Source: Chiloscyllium plagiosum (lineage: Eukaryota). Taken from it: a stretch of DNA of 64,000 nt. The stretch covers positions 90,254,515 to 90,318,514 of the forward strand of contig NC_057719.1 of the NCBI RefSeq assembly GCF_004010195.1, read 5' to 3'. A program made the translations under genes and the position numbers. The notes below the pieces were generated by a model. It searched no databases. It was not told the origin of the DNA and saw nothing but the letters and a program-made list of their open reading frames with translations. Within the stretch, counting starts at the first letter, position 1, and each line of letters starts with the position of its first letter. This document shows, piece by piece, positions 36,465 to 47,381 of this stretch.

Positions 36465-37210
36465 AAAGTGATGACTGCAGATGCTAGGGATCAGAATCGG
36501 AAAGTGTGGAGCTGGAATAGCACAGCAGGTCAGGCAGTGTCCAAGGAGCAGGAGGATCTACCTTTCAAGCCTAAGCCTTTCATTGGGCAGCTGGCTGGGG
36601 GGGGGGGTATGGAGAGAAGGAGGGGTGTTGCTAGGAAATAAATAGGAGGTTGCGGGTGAGGTAGCTGGGAACGTGATAGGTAAATGCATTTTGTGGGGGT
36701 GGGGGGGTAGTGATGGTGATAGATCAGAGCTGAGGGTGGAGCAGATAGGTAGATTAGATTACATTACAGTGTGGAAACAGGCCCTTCGGCCCAACAAGTC
36801 CACACCGACCCGCCGAAGCGCTACCCATACATTCCCCTACATTTACCCCTTACCTAACACTACGGACAATTTAGCATGGCCAATTCACCAGACCTGCACA
36901 TCTTTGGACTGTGGGAGGAAACCCACGCAGACACGGGGACAACGTGCAAACTCCATTCTGTCAGTCGCCTGAGGCGGGAATTGAACCCGGGTCTCTGGCG
37001 CTGTGAGGCAGCAGTGCTAACCACTGTGCCACCATGCCGCCCACAGGTAGGAAGGAAGATGGACAGGTAGGACAGTTCAATAGGGCGGTGCCAAGTTGGA
37101 GAGTTGGATCTGGGGATGAGGTGCCGGTGGTATGGGTGGGGGGGGAGAAGAGAGAGAGAGAGAGAGAGAGAGTGTGAGAGAGAGATGATGTGAAGTTGAC
37201 ATTGATGCCA
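36465..37210 (-). mobile_element. Penelope family A terminus with purine-rich 3' region, hosting a SINE
   Basis: Family A arm at 36465-36585, followed by G-rich sequence like 14990-15180. Confidence 0.65.
36751..37042 (-). mobile_element. Young HE1-type SINE
   Basis: Near-identical to 31687-31995, flanked by aggtag repeats. Confidence 0.92.
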
Positions 37211-37639
37211 TTTAGTCCATTATTCTGTCATTTATTTTTGCTCTGGACACATGCCTTTGTCTCTTTGCCATACCCACTACCACCCCCTTAACATCTTTGT
37301 CTTTTAATCTCTCCCATCCTCTACCATATTCCAGATTGTTCCTTTTGATTTTCCTCCAACTTCATGTTTGAAGGCATAAAACTATTTCTACCTGAACTCA
37401 GTTCTGAAGGTGTGTTATGGTGAAATATTAACTTTGTTCCTCTCTTTGTGGATATTGCCAGACTTGCTGGGTTCCTCCAACATTTTCTGTTTTTATTTCA
37501 GATCTCTAACATGTAATATTTTGTTTTTGCTAATTTGATAGTTTGTTGCTATTTGCTACGGTTCCATTGGTTGAGACTGTAACCAGAGGACCCAGATTTG
37601 GGAAAAAGAACTTACGGAGCACCATTCAGGGCGACAGAA

Positions 37640-37910
37640 TACAACAAAGCATTTTACAGCCTCTCGCCACTGTTATAGTGTAGGAAATTAGACATCCAAT
37701 ATGTATACAGCAAGTTCCCACAAACAGCAATGTGATCATCTGTTTGTGTTGATTAGGGAATAAATATTGGTCAGGATACCAGGTATGTTTCTCCTTTCTT
37801 CCTTAAAGAGTACCATGATATCCTTCACTTCCAGAATGGCAGGTAAACAATACCTTGGCTTAACATCTCACTTAAAAGATAGCAATCCAATAGTATCGCA
37901 CTGCATCAGT
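37640..37910 (-). mobile_element. Ancient DeuSINE-like (SacSINE1/AmnSINE1-type) relic
   Basis: Minus strand has gatgttaagccaagg...ggtactct...cctgaccaatatttattccc...cacattgctgtttgtgggaacttgctg, recalled as Deu-domain-like. A related tail is at ~51730-51870 (+). Confidence 0.5.
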
Positions 37911-38672
37911 TAATCAAATTCTGATTTAAAATTATTTAACCCAGCATTAACTAAGATTTGCAGATGTTACAAGCTTCTATAATTATTTGCATATGAGACT
38001 ATTTCCAACTTTATTTCTAAAAGACCTGGCTTTACTACTTAGGTTATGTCCTTCAGTTTATCCAGTCAGTTACCCTTAAAACCCTTTTTGACATATTCTG
38101 TCCTCACATTTTAGCCTTTAACAGCCTCATCAATTCCCCAAGGCCAATACAACATTCCAAAAGTGTGGTGCCCTGAATTCAACAGAGTCTCTGTGGTAAA
38201 ACCAGGTCTTAGTGTTGCTGGAGCATCATTATTGCTCCCACATATTCTCTACACTTACAGGCTATTTGTGCATTTGTATTTTTGATTATTTTACAAACTT
38301 AATCTAACAATCTACACACATGGGTTTCTAGCTGCTTTATGGACCTCAGCATGAAACAGGTTCAAAAATAAATACCATAACAGCATCGGATAAAAACCTG
38401 AAGGGGAAAAAACACACAGTGCAAAGGGGAGTGAGAGGGCCAGTAGAGCTAACTGAATGGCTATGTCAAAGAGCCCAAGCAGCTCACTTTGACATCACAC
38501 AACTACGTGACTCTAAATTTGTAGATTTTGCAAATTGCAACTCATACAGATACATATTATGATGGAGTATGAATCACTAGGTAACGAACAAGGCCAATAT
38601 TGGTCCATTTAATATTCCCTCCATACTGCCTCTGAACCAATCTACAGCCCCTAAACAACTTTTGTTCAGTAC

Positions 38673-38877
38673 CTTTCTTGGAGTCTTGCATTTGCTTCAT
38701 GATTTCTTCTCGCTCTGCTTGTTCAGTAGCTGTGATGACCCTGAAGGAGCCTTCCCTGGTGAATGTGGTTCGATTGGCATCGAACGTGGCGGTAACACCA
38801 CACTCTTTCTCACGCTTCTGCTTCCTCTCCAAGCAAGCTGCAAAAGCACAGCCCACAGCATGGCTTAACCGCTCCCC
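38673..38877 (-). CDS. NUMB: NUMB exon ([26 protein letters not shown]...[11 protein letters not shown]), 205 nt
   Basis: Lies inside ORF 38557..38889. Borders are ccccag| and |gtactg. Phase 0-1. Confidence 0.97.
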
Positions 38878-39814
38878 CTGGGGAACCAAATAATACCAAC
38901 ATGTTCAAACATCAGGGAATTCAGTTCCTAAACAGCACCATCCCCAAACACCAAAAGCACATTCAGCACTATCTATCACGAGTTGCAGGAGAAACTCAGC
39001 AGCTCTGTTAGCTTCTGCAGACAGAAAGACAGTTAACAGTACAAGTCACTGCGTCAGAACTGAAAGCAGCTGGAAAAGGGTGATATTGATACTGATCAGA
39101 GAGAATTGGGGGTGGGGGAGGGATTAAGACAAATACATGGACGAGAGAGAGCGAGAGCGAGAGCGAGAGCGAGCCAAGTGTGTGAAGAGATATGAGGCAA
39201 AGAGATTGCAAGAAGAACTGCAGGAAATGGTGTGGACACAGCTGAGGACTACACAACTTCCTAGTGACCCTATGTAGCTCAGTCATAAAGATCCCAGAAA
39301 ATCTGGACCTCTATTGCCAAGAGTAAACACATTCCAGGTGAGAGGTTGGAAAATGAAAAGTAAATGATAAGGAGTAGGAGACTACGTGCAGTTTTTTCCC
39401 GCTAACATACCAGGGGTGCTTTTAAACACACAAACTGAAATTGCTGGAAAAGCTCAGCAGATCTGGTAGCATCTGTTGAGAGAAATCAGAGTTACTGATT
39501 TCTCATGAGTTCAGGATGGAACAGCTAATGGAATAAAAAAAAACAGCCATAACAGTGCTTAACATCATTATGTTAAAATAGGATGGGAAGCAAGTCAAGA
39601 TACTTCATTTGACTGAAATTAATTTGCACAATTTGACAACTCATTCTGGACTCTTCTAGACTGGCATTAGCTGGTGAGAATTTTAATGTAAATGACACAG
39701 TGCAGGACTACTAATTCAGTAGGCTGCAACAACAAAAAGTAAATCAGATGCTGAGAGTCAAAGACAAAAAAAATCTAGTTGACAACTACACATTATAACA
39801 TCTGTACTCGTACA

Positions 39815-40480
39815 AAGAAAATGACAGCACAGGAAGAGTCCCTTCGGCCCTCCAAACCTGCACTGATCCAGATCCTCGATCGAAACCTGTCACCTATTTT
39901 CTAAGGATCTGTATCCCTTTGCTCCCTGCCCATTCATGTATCTGTCTAGATACATCTTAAATGACACTATCGTGCCCACCTCTACCACCTCCGCTGGCAA
40001 CACATTCCAGGCACCCATCACCCTCTATGTAAATAACTTGCCATACATATTCCCCTTCAATTTTACCCTTCTCATCCTGAACTCATGAGAAATCAGTAAC
40101 TCTGATTTCTCTCAACAGATGCTACCAGACCTGCTGAGCTTTTCCAGCAATTTCAGTTTGTGCTTCTGATTTACAGCTTCCACAATTCTTTCAGTTTAAA
40201 AGGACATTTCTTCCCACCAGCTTTATAAATATCATATGTAGCCTGATTTCAGTTTTTTGACCTTTTTCCCCCACTCAGTGAAAAAGCTTCTTGCTAGCCA
40301 TCCTTCAGGCACTCTGCCTGTATTCCTGATAAGGGGCTTTTGCCCGAAACGTTGATTTTACTGCTCCTCGGATGCTGCCTGAACTGCTGTGCTTTTCCAG
40401 CACCACGAATCCAGAGCGTGCAGTCATTGTTTCTACGTTGCTATCCACCTTGTCTATACCTCGGTCCCCCCTCAACCTCC
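39815..40480 (-). mobile_element. CR1 3' end broken by a duplicated segment (40082-40267) and a family A Penelope end (40321-40415)
   Basis: CR1 3'UTR and WNVLP coding region at 39815-40080. cctgataaggggcttttgcccgaaacgttg at 40325-40354. Confidence 0.75.
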
Positions 40481-41723
40481 ATCTTGGAAAGAAGTTTGAT
40501 TTTCATCTACCAGTGTTTTAAGACTTTTGAAAAATTAATTTTCTGATTTTGGGAAGTTCATGCATGGAGCATTATCTTTCAGAACTGGAATTTCCTACTG
40601 CTGGTAATGAGAGAAACCAAAATGCAATCAAAATGAAAGGAACTGGAAATCACCTCATACCAAGACCAAAGTAATGTGTGCCTTGGAGTCAGAGGCTGTG
40701 ACATATCATTTCCTGCATCCTTCAAAAGCTTACTAAGTTACAAATGCACTTGCATCTCAAAAGATTACGTACTTTGGATTGATGTGTAATCTTACGTCTC
40801 ATTAAGTGTTACTCTAGTACATCATCACACACAGTAAACCAACTTCTTAGTCACACAAGGTTCCAGACATTTCATTTGCCATTTTAATACTTTTAGAGTC
40901 ATTTACAATTTGGAAAAACACTGAAGAAAGTTAGAAAAGTAATCTGGTGTCAGGTACATCTTTCAGAAATTTGTTGGATAAGTGTAGATGTGCTGCAATA
41001 CAGAACAATACAAGACCAGGAGGCTACAGATTTTATTTCTGGTCCATGCTCAGAAAGGGCAGAAGCTCTGGGGAACCATAACCTAAAGCTTTCACTTCTG
41101 AGGTGAGAACTGCACTTATGGATATCAGAACAGAACGAGACTCATCTCGCTTCTAGAATCCTCCAACACTCACTGTGCAGGTTCGTGCAGTGAATGTGAT
41201 ACTGGAAATTTGCAAGTTATCTAGAAAAGAATGATTCAGCAACTGATTTTAAAAAGCCAGATATTTAGAAAAATACACATTGACGGAATAGTTCTTCTAT
41301 CGCTAAATATGTTACTTCAGTTGTCATACAGGTTATATTAAATAGTTAATGTGAGGCAAGGGGAAAGCATCTATTTACCATCCAGTTAGAGGGAGAGATG
41401 GACAACTGAGCAATAAGATGACAATTTGGAGGAGGTCTCATATCAGACTGCAAACATGAACTCCATTGCTCTCTCTCCATTGACGCTGTTTCTATGCAAT
41501 TCTGTAACGTGCTGCAAAGTGCAATTCCAAGGCGGCCAAAGGCAACTCCAATCAATGTTACATCACTCTCTGCAACGTGCTAATGTCTGCGTGCCCAGTG
41601 ACCACACAGTTTAACACTGACGGGGCACTGGACTAAGTACCTTTGGAGTTAAGCCAGTGGAGTAATTCTGCAATATTCTTCCTCATCACCTACTATTCTA
41701 ACCGTAATACAGTTTAAAAGGAC

Positions 41724-41928
41724 CAGAAACAGAAATTGCTGGAAAAGCTCAGCAGATCTGGCCACATCTGTGGAGAGAAATCTGTGGAGCGACCCTTCCT
41801 CAGAACAGGCCCGAAACATTAGCTCTGATTTCTCTCAAAAGATGCTACCAGACCTGCTTAGATTTTCCAGCAATTTCTGTTTGCGCTTCTGATTTATAGC
41901 ATCCACAATTCTTCCAATTTTTATTCCA
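41724..41928. mobile_element. Penelope-derived palindrome (family A-related)
   Basis: Inverted arms aaacagaaattgctggaaaagct / ttttccagcaatttctgttt. TSD tttaaaaggac at 41713-41723 and 41929-41939. Confidence 0.8.
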
Positions 41929-42059
41929 TTTAAAAGGACATTTCTTTCCACCAGCTTTATAAATATCACATGCAGTCTAATTTCAGTTTTTTGACCTTTT
42001 TTCACTGAAGTCGAATTTTGATCGAAGCAATATTAAGCAAGTGAAAAAGGCTCTCTTAC

Positions 42060-42200
42060 TGAATCTCTTATGGCCAAGAAGCAGTGACAGATCCAACGCC
42101 TCGTTGTACCATCTCGACAAATGTATGAGAAGGCCTTGTCAAAGTTTCGGTCAGGGGCACAGAAGGATACCTTCTCTATAGTTTGGTCAACAATAAGATC
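42060..42200 (-). CDS. NUMB: NUMB PTB-domain exon ([47 protein letters not shown]), 141 nt
   Basis: Borders are cacag| and |gtaag. Diagnostic NUMB PTB sequence, in frame with its neighbours. Confidence 0.98.
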
Positions 42201-44035
42201 CTGTGAATTTAAAAACGTACAAGAGAAATAAAGAAATTAGCACTTTGTCAATATGCTGTATATATGCTAATCCAGCTATTTTGCAACAGTGTTAAGATTT
42301 TTAATAGAATCAATGGCATTTTTCCTTAGACACCAGATGGCAACCTTGCACTGTATACTTAGCTGGCAGATTTATGAACTTTCTTTTGAAAAGAAATACT
42401 TATGGATTGTTCAGAACATTTTCCACTATAGACATACAGATTTCTGAACACTGAATCTGAACACATTGTTTGCAAATGTAAAATCTACCCTATCTGATGA
42501 TCGCTTTTTATTCTAAAAGAGGTGACCCAGCATGTTATCAATGGAGTTTGATCTCATCCCTTGTGTCTTTACAGTACTTTCTTTGTTGTCTACATAAGGA
42601 TGACTGAGCCAGTCAATTCTCATCTTCCTCACAAAGTGCCAATATCCATTTTCTTCAACATTAAACTTTACCATATCATTTTAAATTTCACGGCTATATT
42701 TCACCAAAAACACTTAATTTTAAAAATGGAACCTCCATACAATGAAACATCATACTATAGGTTCAACAGGCCCCATTAATGGCTTCTCGATAAACACCCA
42801 AAACAAAGTTTGCACGATGGCATACAAGTTAAAAACCAAGTTTTGAAAATATCAGTTCAACACAGAAAACATATTTTAGAACAAGAAAAGGAATTGCAGA
42901 GATTACACAGAGGACTGAAAGTCATATACTAGCATATTTGAAAAAATTTATAGGAAGAACAAAAACAAATTAGAGTCAATAACCTTTATGTTCTGAATTA
43001 CTTCACAGAAATTAATTCTCAAGAAACTGCTCCGCTTAAAGTTGTTGGGATAAATAAAGCCAAAAGACATCTTTTTCATCAATCTTGTTTTTTGCCCAAT
43101 CATAAACAGTGATGGGCTGAATATATATCTGAAATCAGGAACTCTCTCCCAAAAGAGGATAGAAGAGGCAAAAAGACTCCCAAGAATTTCTAATTGTGTT
43201 CCCAAGAGGAACACAATTAAAGTTCCTCCTGATACCTAAGGCCAGGACAGGACCTAGGCAGTGCTGCTTTGTCACAAATTTTAAACTGAGGCCTTGTCTG
43301 CCTCTATGTCAAAGAACAGCAAGAAAATCATCTGGTTCCTTGCTGTTTAGCTGTGAAGGGCATTGCATGAAATCCTTAATTTTTTTTCTCCCCGATAAAA
43401 CTTAAAGCACTTTTCAGAGATTCTACCAGGGATGCAATGCCTTTGAACTGAAAAACAGCAATGCAAGAAATACACATACTTCAGTTAGTATGCACATACA
43501 GCAGTTTGGATAAACACTGAATTCTACTGAAACATCTGTTGTTCAAATACACAAACAAAACTGAGCAAAATCCCATAAAGGTCTTGTGAAAAATGCTCTC
43601 TTCTATCTGACCTGTAACTTGACAGACAGAAGGGACAGAATCACTCCTTACTCCTTTCATTCTATTGGATAAAAAGAGCAGTGCCGAGAGAGTGAGGAGA
43701 AGCTCAACAATCAACATTAAAGACGTAGTGAGGCTCCAGCCTTAACTTGCAAATTTTCATTCACTGGGGCTGAGACAAGCATTTTCCTTGCCTCATATAA
43801 GTGCTTATTATTAGTATTCAGACTAGATATAAATTAAAGCCAATACCAGAATTTGGAATTTTGCCTACTGTTGTTCATCTTCTCTAACTCCTCAATTGTA
43901 CAGGTGCCAAAGTGCTCATTTGTTGGTTTGAGAACATAGTTATTGAGTGGTGTCATGCTATTCAATTGCTGAAGCGATTACAACCAAGTTCAGCTCTATC
44001 TTTACATGTCTACTCTACAGCTGTGGATCCCTTTA

Positions 44036-44165
44036 CAGGAAACCGGAGCACCTGAAGAAAACCTGTGCAGAGAATGTGCAAACTCCACACAGACAGTCGC
44101 CAGAGGGTGGAATCGAACCCAGGCCACTCACACTGTGAGGCAGCAGTGCTAACCACTTGCCATCC
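44036..44165 (-). mobile_element. HE1-type SINE, 5' half
   Basis: tgtgaggcagcagtgctaaccac and gcaaactccacacagacag. Confidence 0.8.
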
Positions 44166-45266
44166 ATGGTTAAGATCAGCTAGCTGGACAGACAGGATTG
44201 AATCAGAGACCTTCAATCTGTAAAAATTACTGTGGGTTAGTACCCTTTATATATTAGGCTACTACTTTTGCTGGGACCTAACTCTTATCTTGGATGTGAG
44301 CAGAGGGAAATAATGGAAAGGTGTGATGTTGTAACCAAAATGTTAAGTTATTTATCAGGAGTTAGGCACCACATGAAAAAGTACAACCGCAACGTTAATA
44401 ATTGGAACCATGTGTATACTGGCAGAGGGCAAATCAGATCAGAGAGATGAACGAGTGGCTCAAAGACCAGTATGGGAGAAGTGCCTTCCAGTTTGTGGGG
44501 GAACTGGCACCAGTATTGGGAAATGTGAGGACTGTACTATTGGGACTACTGGTCAACAGCTGAACGGTGTTGGGATTGATATTCTTATGAACTGAATAAT
44601 TAGAAAAGCAGAGAGAGTTTTCAGCTAAATAGTAGGGACAAGAAATCAAATTCAGGAAAATATGGTGGATCAAAGCATAAAATCAAGGCCAAACAAAGAG
44701 GTATTAATGAATGATAACAGGCCAGGATAGGAAGGGATAGAAAGCACAGACCTCAGAATAAAGCAAAAAAGAATATAATAGAAAGACAAACAAAATGCAC
44801 ATTATATTAGAACAGGTGAATGATGAAGATTAAAAGAGGAAGCTGGTGAAACTCAACAGATCTGGCAGAATCCAAGGAGAGAGAAGGTTGAAGTTAACAT
44901 TTCAAATCCATACACTCTTCTTCAGAACTGAACAGAACTGGATATGATGGGCTCAATTGACTCTGACTCTCCATTTCACTATCCCCAACTTTATGCTGTT
45001 GATGAAATGGGAGGGGAGCAAATGGAACAGATGGTGAGGGTGCCCAGTGGAAAAGAGAAGGAAATGCTAATAGTGGAGGAGTGATATAAGTTCAAAATAG
45101 GTGTGAATAGTGGATCTGAATAAGGGAGGAGGAGAGAGGGAGAGGAGAAGGCTGTAACCAAAACTAAGAACATTGCTCATGCTCTGAAGATGTTGAGCTC
45201 AATGTTGAGTTCTGAAGGCTACAAAATATCTCAGCTGTTCCTCCATTTTATATTAGTTAATAAGCA

Positions 45267-47020
45267 ATAGAACATTACAACACAGTACAGGTCCCTTCGG
45301 TCCTCGATGCTGCGCCGACCTGTGGAACCAATCTGAAGCCCTGAAGCCTATCTATCCCACACTATCCCATTTTAATCCACATGTTTATCCAATGATCATT
45401 TAAATGCCCTTAAACTTGGCGTGTCTACGACTGTTGGAGGCAGTGCATTCCACAACCGTACTACTCTGAGTAAAGAAACTATCGCTGACATCTGTATCTA
45501 TCGCCTCTCAATTTAAAGCTATGTCCTCTCATGCTAGCCATCACCATCCGAGGAAAAAAGGCTCTCACTGTCCACCCTATCTAACTCTGATTATCTTGTA
45601 TGTCTCAATTAAGTCACCTCTCAACTTTCTTCTCTCTAAAGAAAACAGCCTCAAGTGCCTTTCCTCATAAGATCTCCCACCATTCCTCCCCCGCCCCCAC
45701 CACCACCAGCACCACCACCACCACCAGGCAGCATCTTAGTAATCTCCTCCGAACGCTTTCACATCCTTCCTATAATGCAGTGACCTGAACTGTACGCAAT
45801 ACTCCAAGTGCGGCCGCACCAGGGTTTTGTACAGCTGCAGTATGACCTTGTGGTTCCGGAACTCAATCCTTCTACCAATAAAAGCGAATACACCATAAGC
45901 CTACTTAACAATCCTATCAACCTGGGTGGCAACTTTCAGGGATCTATGTACACGGACTCAGATTTCTCTGCTTATCTACACGACCGACAATCTTACCATT
46001 AGCCCAGTACTCTTTATTCCGCTGCTCCTTCCAAAGTGAATCACCTCACACATTTCCACATTAAACTCCATTTGCCACCTCTCAGCCCAGTTCTGAAACT
46101 TATCTGTGTCCCTTTGTAGCCTGCAACATCCTTCCACACTATCCACAACTCCATCAACCTTAGTGTCATCCGCAAATTTGCTAACCCATCCTTATGCACC
46201 CTCCTCTAGGTCATTCATAAAAATGACAAACAGCAGTGGCCCCAAAACAAATCCTTGCAGTACACCACTAGTAACTGAACTCCAGGATAAACATTTCCCA
46301 TCAACCAACTCCGTCTTTTTTCAGCTAGCCAATTTCTGATCCAAACCACTAAATCACTCTCAATCCCATGCCTCTGTATTTTGTGCAATAGCCTACAATG
46401 GGGAATCTTATCAAACACCTTACTGAAATCCATACACACCACATCAACCACTTTACCCTCGTCCACATGGTTAGTCTCCATCTCAAAGAACTCAATAAGG
46501 CATGACCTTCCCTAATCAACTTATTCCTTTCTCGACGTTTATAAATCCTATCACTTATAACCTTTTCCTAAACTTTACCCACAACCAAAGTACGGTTCGC
46601 TGGTCTATGATGACCAGGGTTGTCCCCACTTCCCATCTTGAGCAAGGAGACCACATTTGCTATCCTCCAGTCTTCTAGCACTATTTCTGTAGGCAATGAC
46701 GACAAAGGTCAAAGCCAAAGGCTCTGCAATCTCCCCCTTGGCTTCGCAGAGAATTCGAGGATAAATCCCATCCAGCCCAGGGGACCTATCTATTTTCACA
46801 CTTTCCAGAATTGCTAACACCACCTTCTTGTGAACCTCGATCCCTTCTAGTCTAACAGCCTGTATCTCAGTATTCTCCTTGACAACATTGTTTTTGGTCA
46901 GTATTCACACTGGAAAAAGACACTCACTTAGCGCTTCTCCCATCTCTTAGGACTCGACGCACAACTTCCCACTAGTGTCTTGATTGGCCTTAATCTTCTG
47001 TAGTCATTCTTTTATTCCTT
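45267..47020 (-). mobile_element. CR1/HER1-type LINE 3' portion
   Basis: DRSPGLDGIYP, MDFSKVFDKIPH and QGFVLGP..KFADDTK; same subfamily as 17791-22135. Confidence 0.9.
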
Positions 47021-47281
47021 AAAGCAATGTAGCAGGCCCAGGACAATAATGTTAGTAGAGAAGCAAGGCTTTCACCCAGTCTACCTTTGATCTCACCAAC
47101 TTTCTGGAGACCCACATTGTGAGCAGCGAATACAGGATTAAGAATGTACAAGTAAAACAATGCTTCACCTGGAAGCTGTGTTTGGAGTCTTAGAGAGTGG
47201 GGTGGCTGGCAATAAATGGACGAGTGTTACACCTTTTGCAACTGCATGGTCAGGTGACATGGGGGTGGCAGTGAGGAAGTA

Positions 47282-47381
47282 CAGAGGAACCTCAAATTAT
47301 CCAGCATACGATTATCCAGAATTCAATTAACTGAACGAAATACTCCCCGCCTGTGTTGGTCGGATAATCGAGGTTCCTCTG
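47282..47381. mobile_element. 100-bp MITE of Tc1/mariner-pogo (Tigger-like) type
   Basis: TIRs cagaggaacctc(aa)attatcc / ggataatcgaggttcctctg, flanked by TA at 47280-47281 and 47382-47383. Confidence 0.85.

Noticed and set aside
37146..37185. (GA)n tract
   Set aside because: Ordinary microsatellite.
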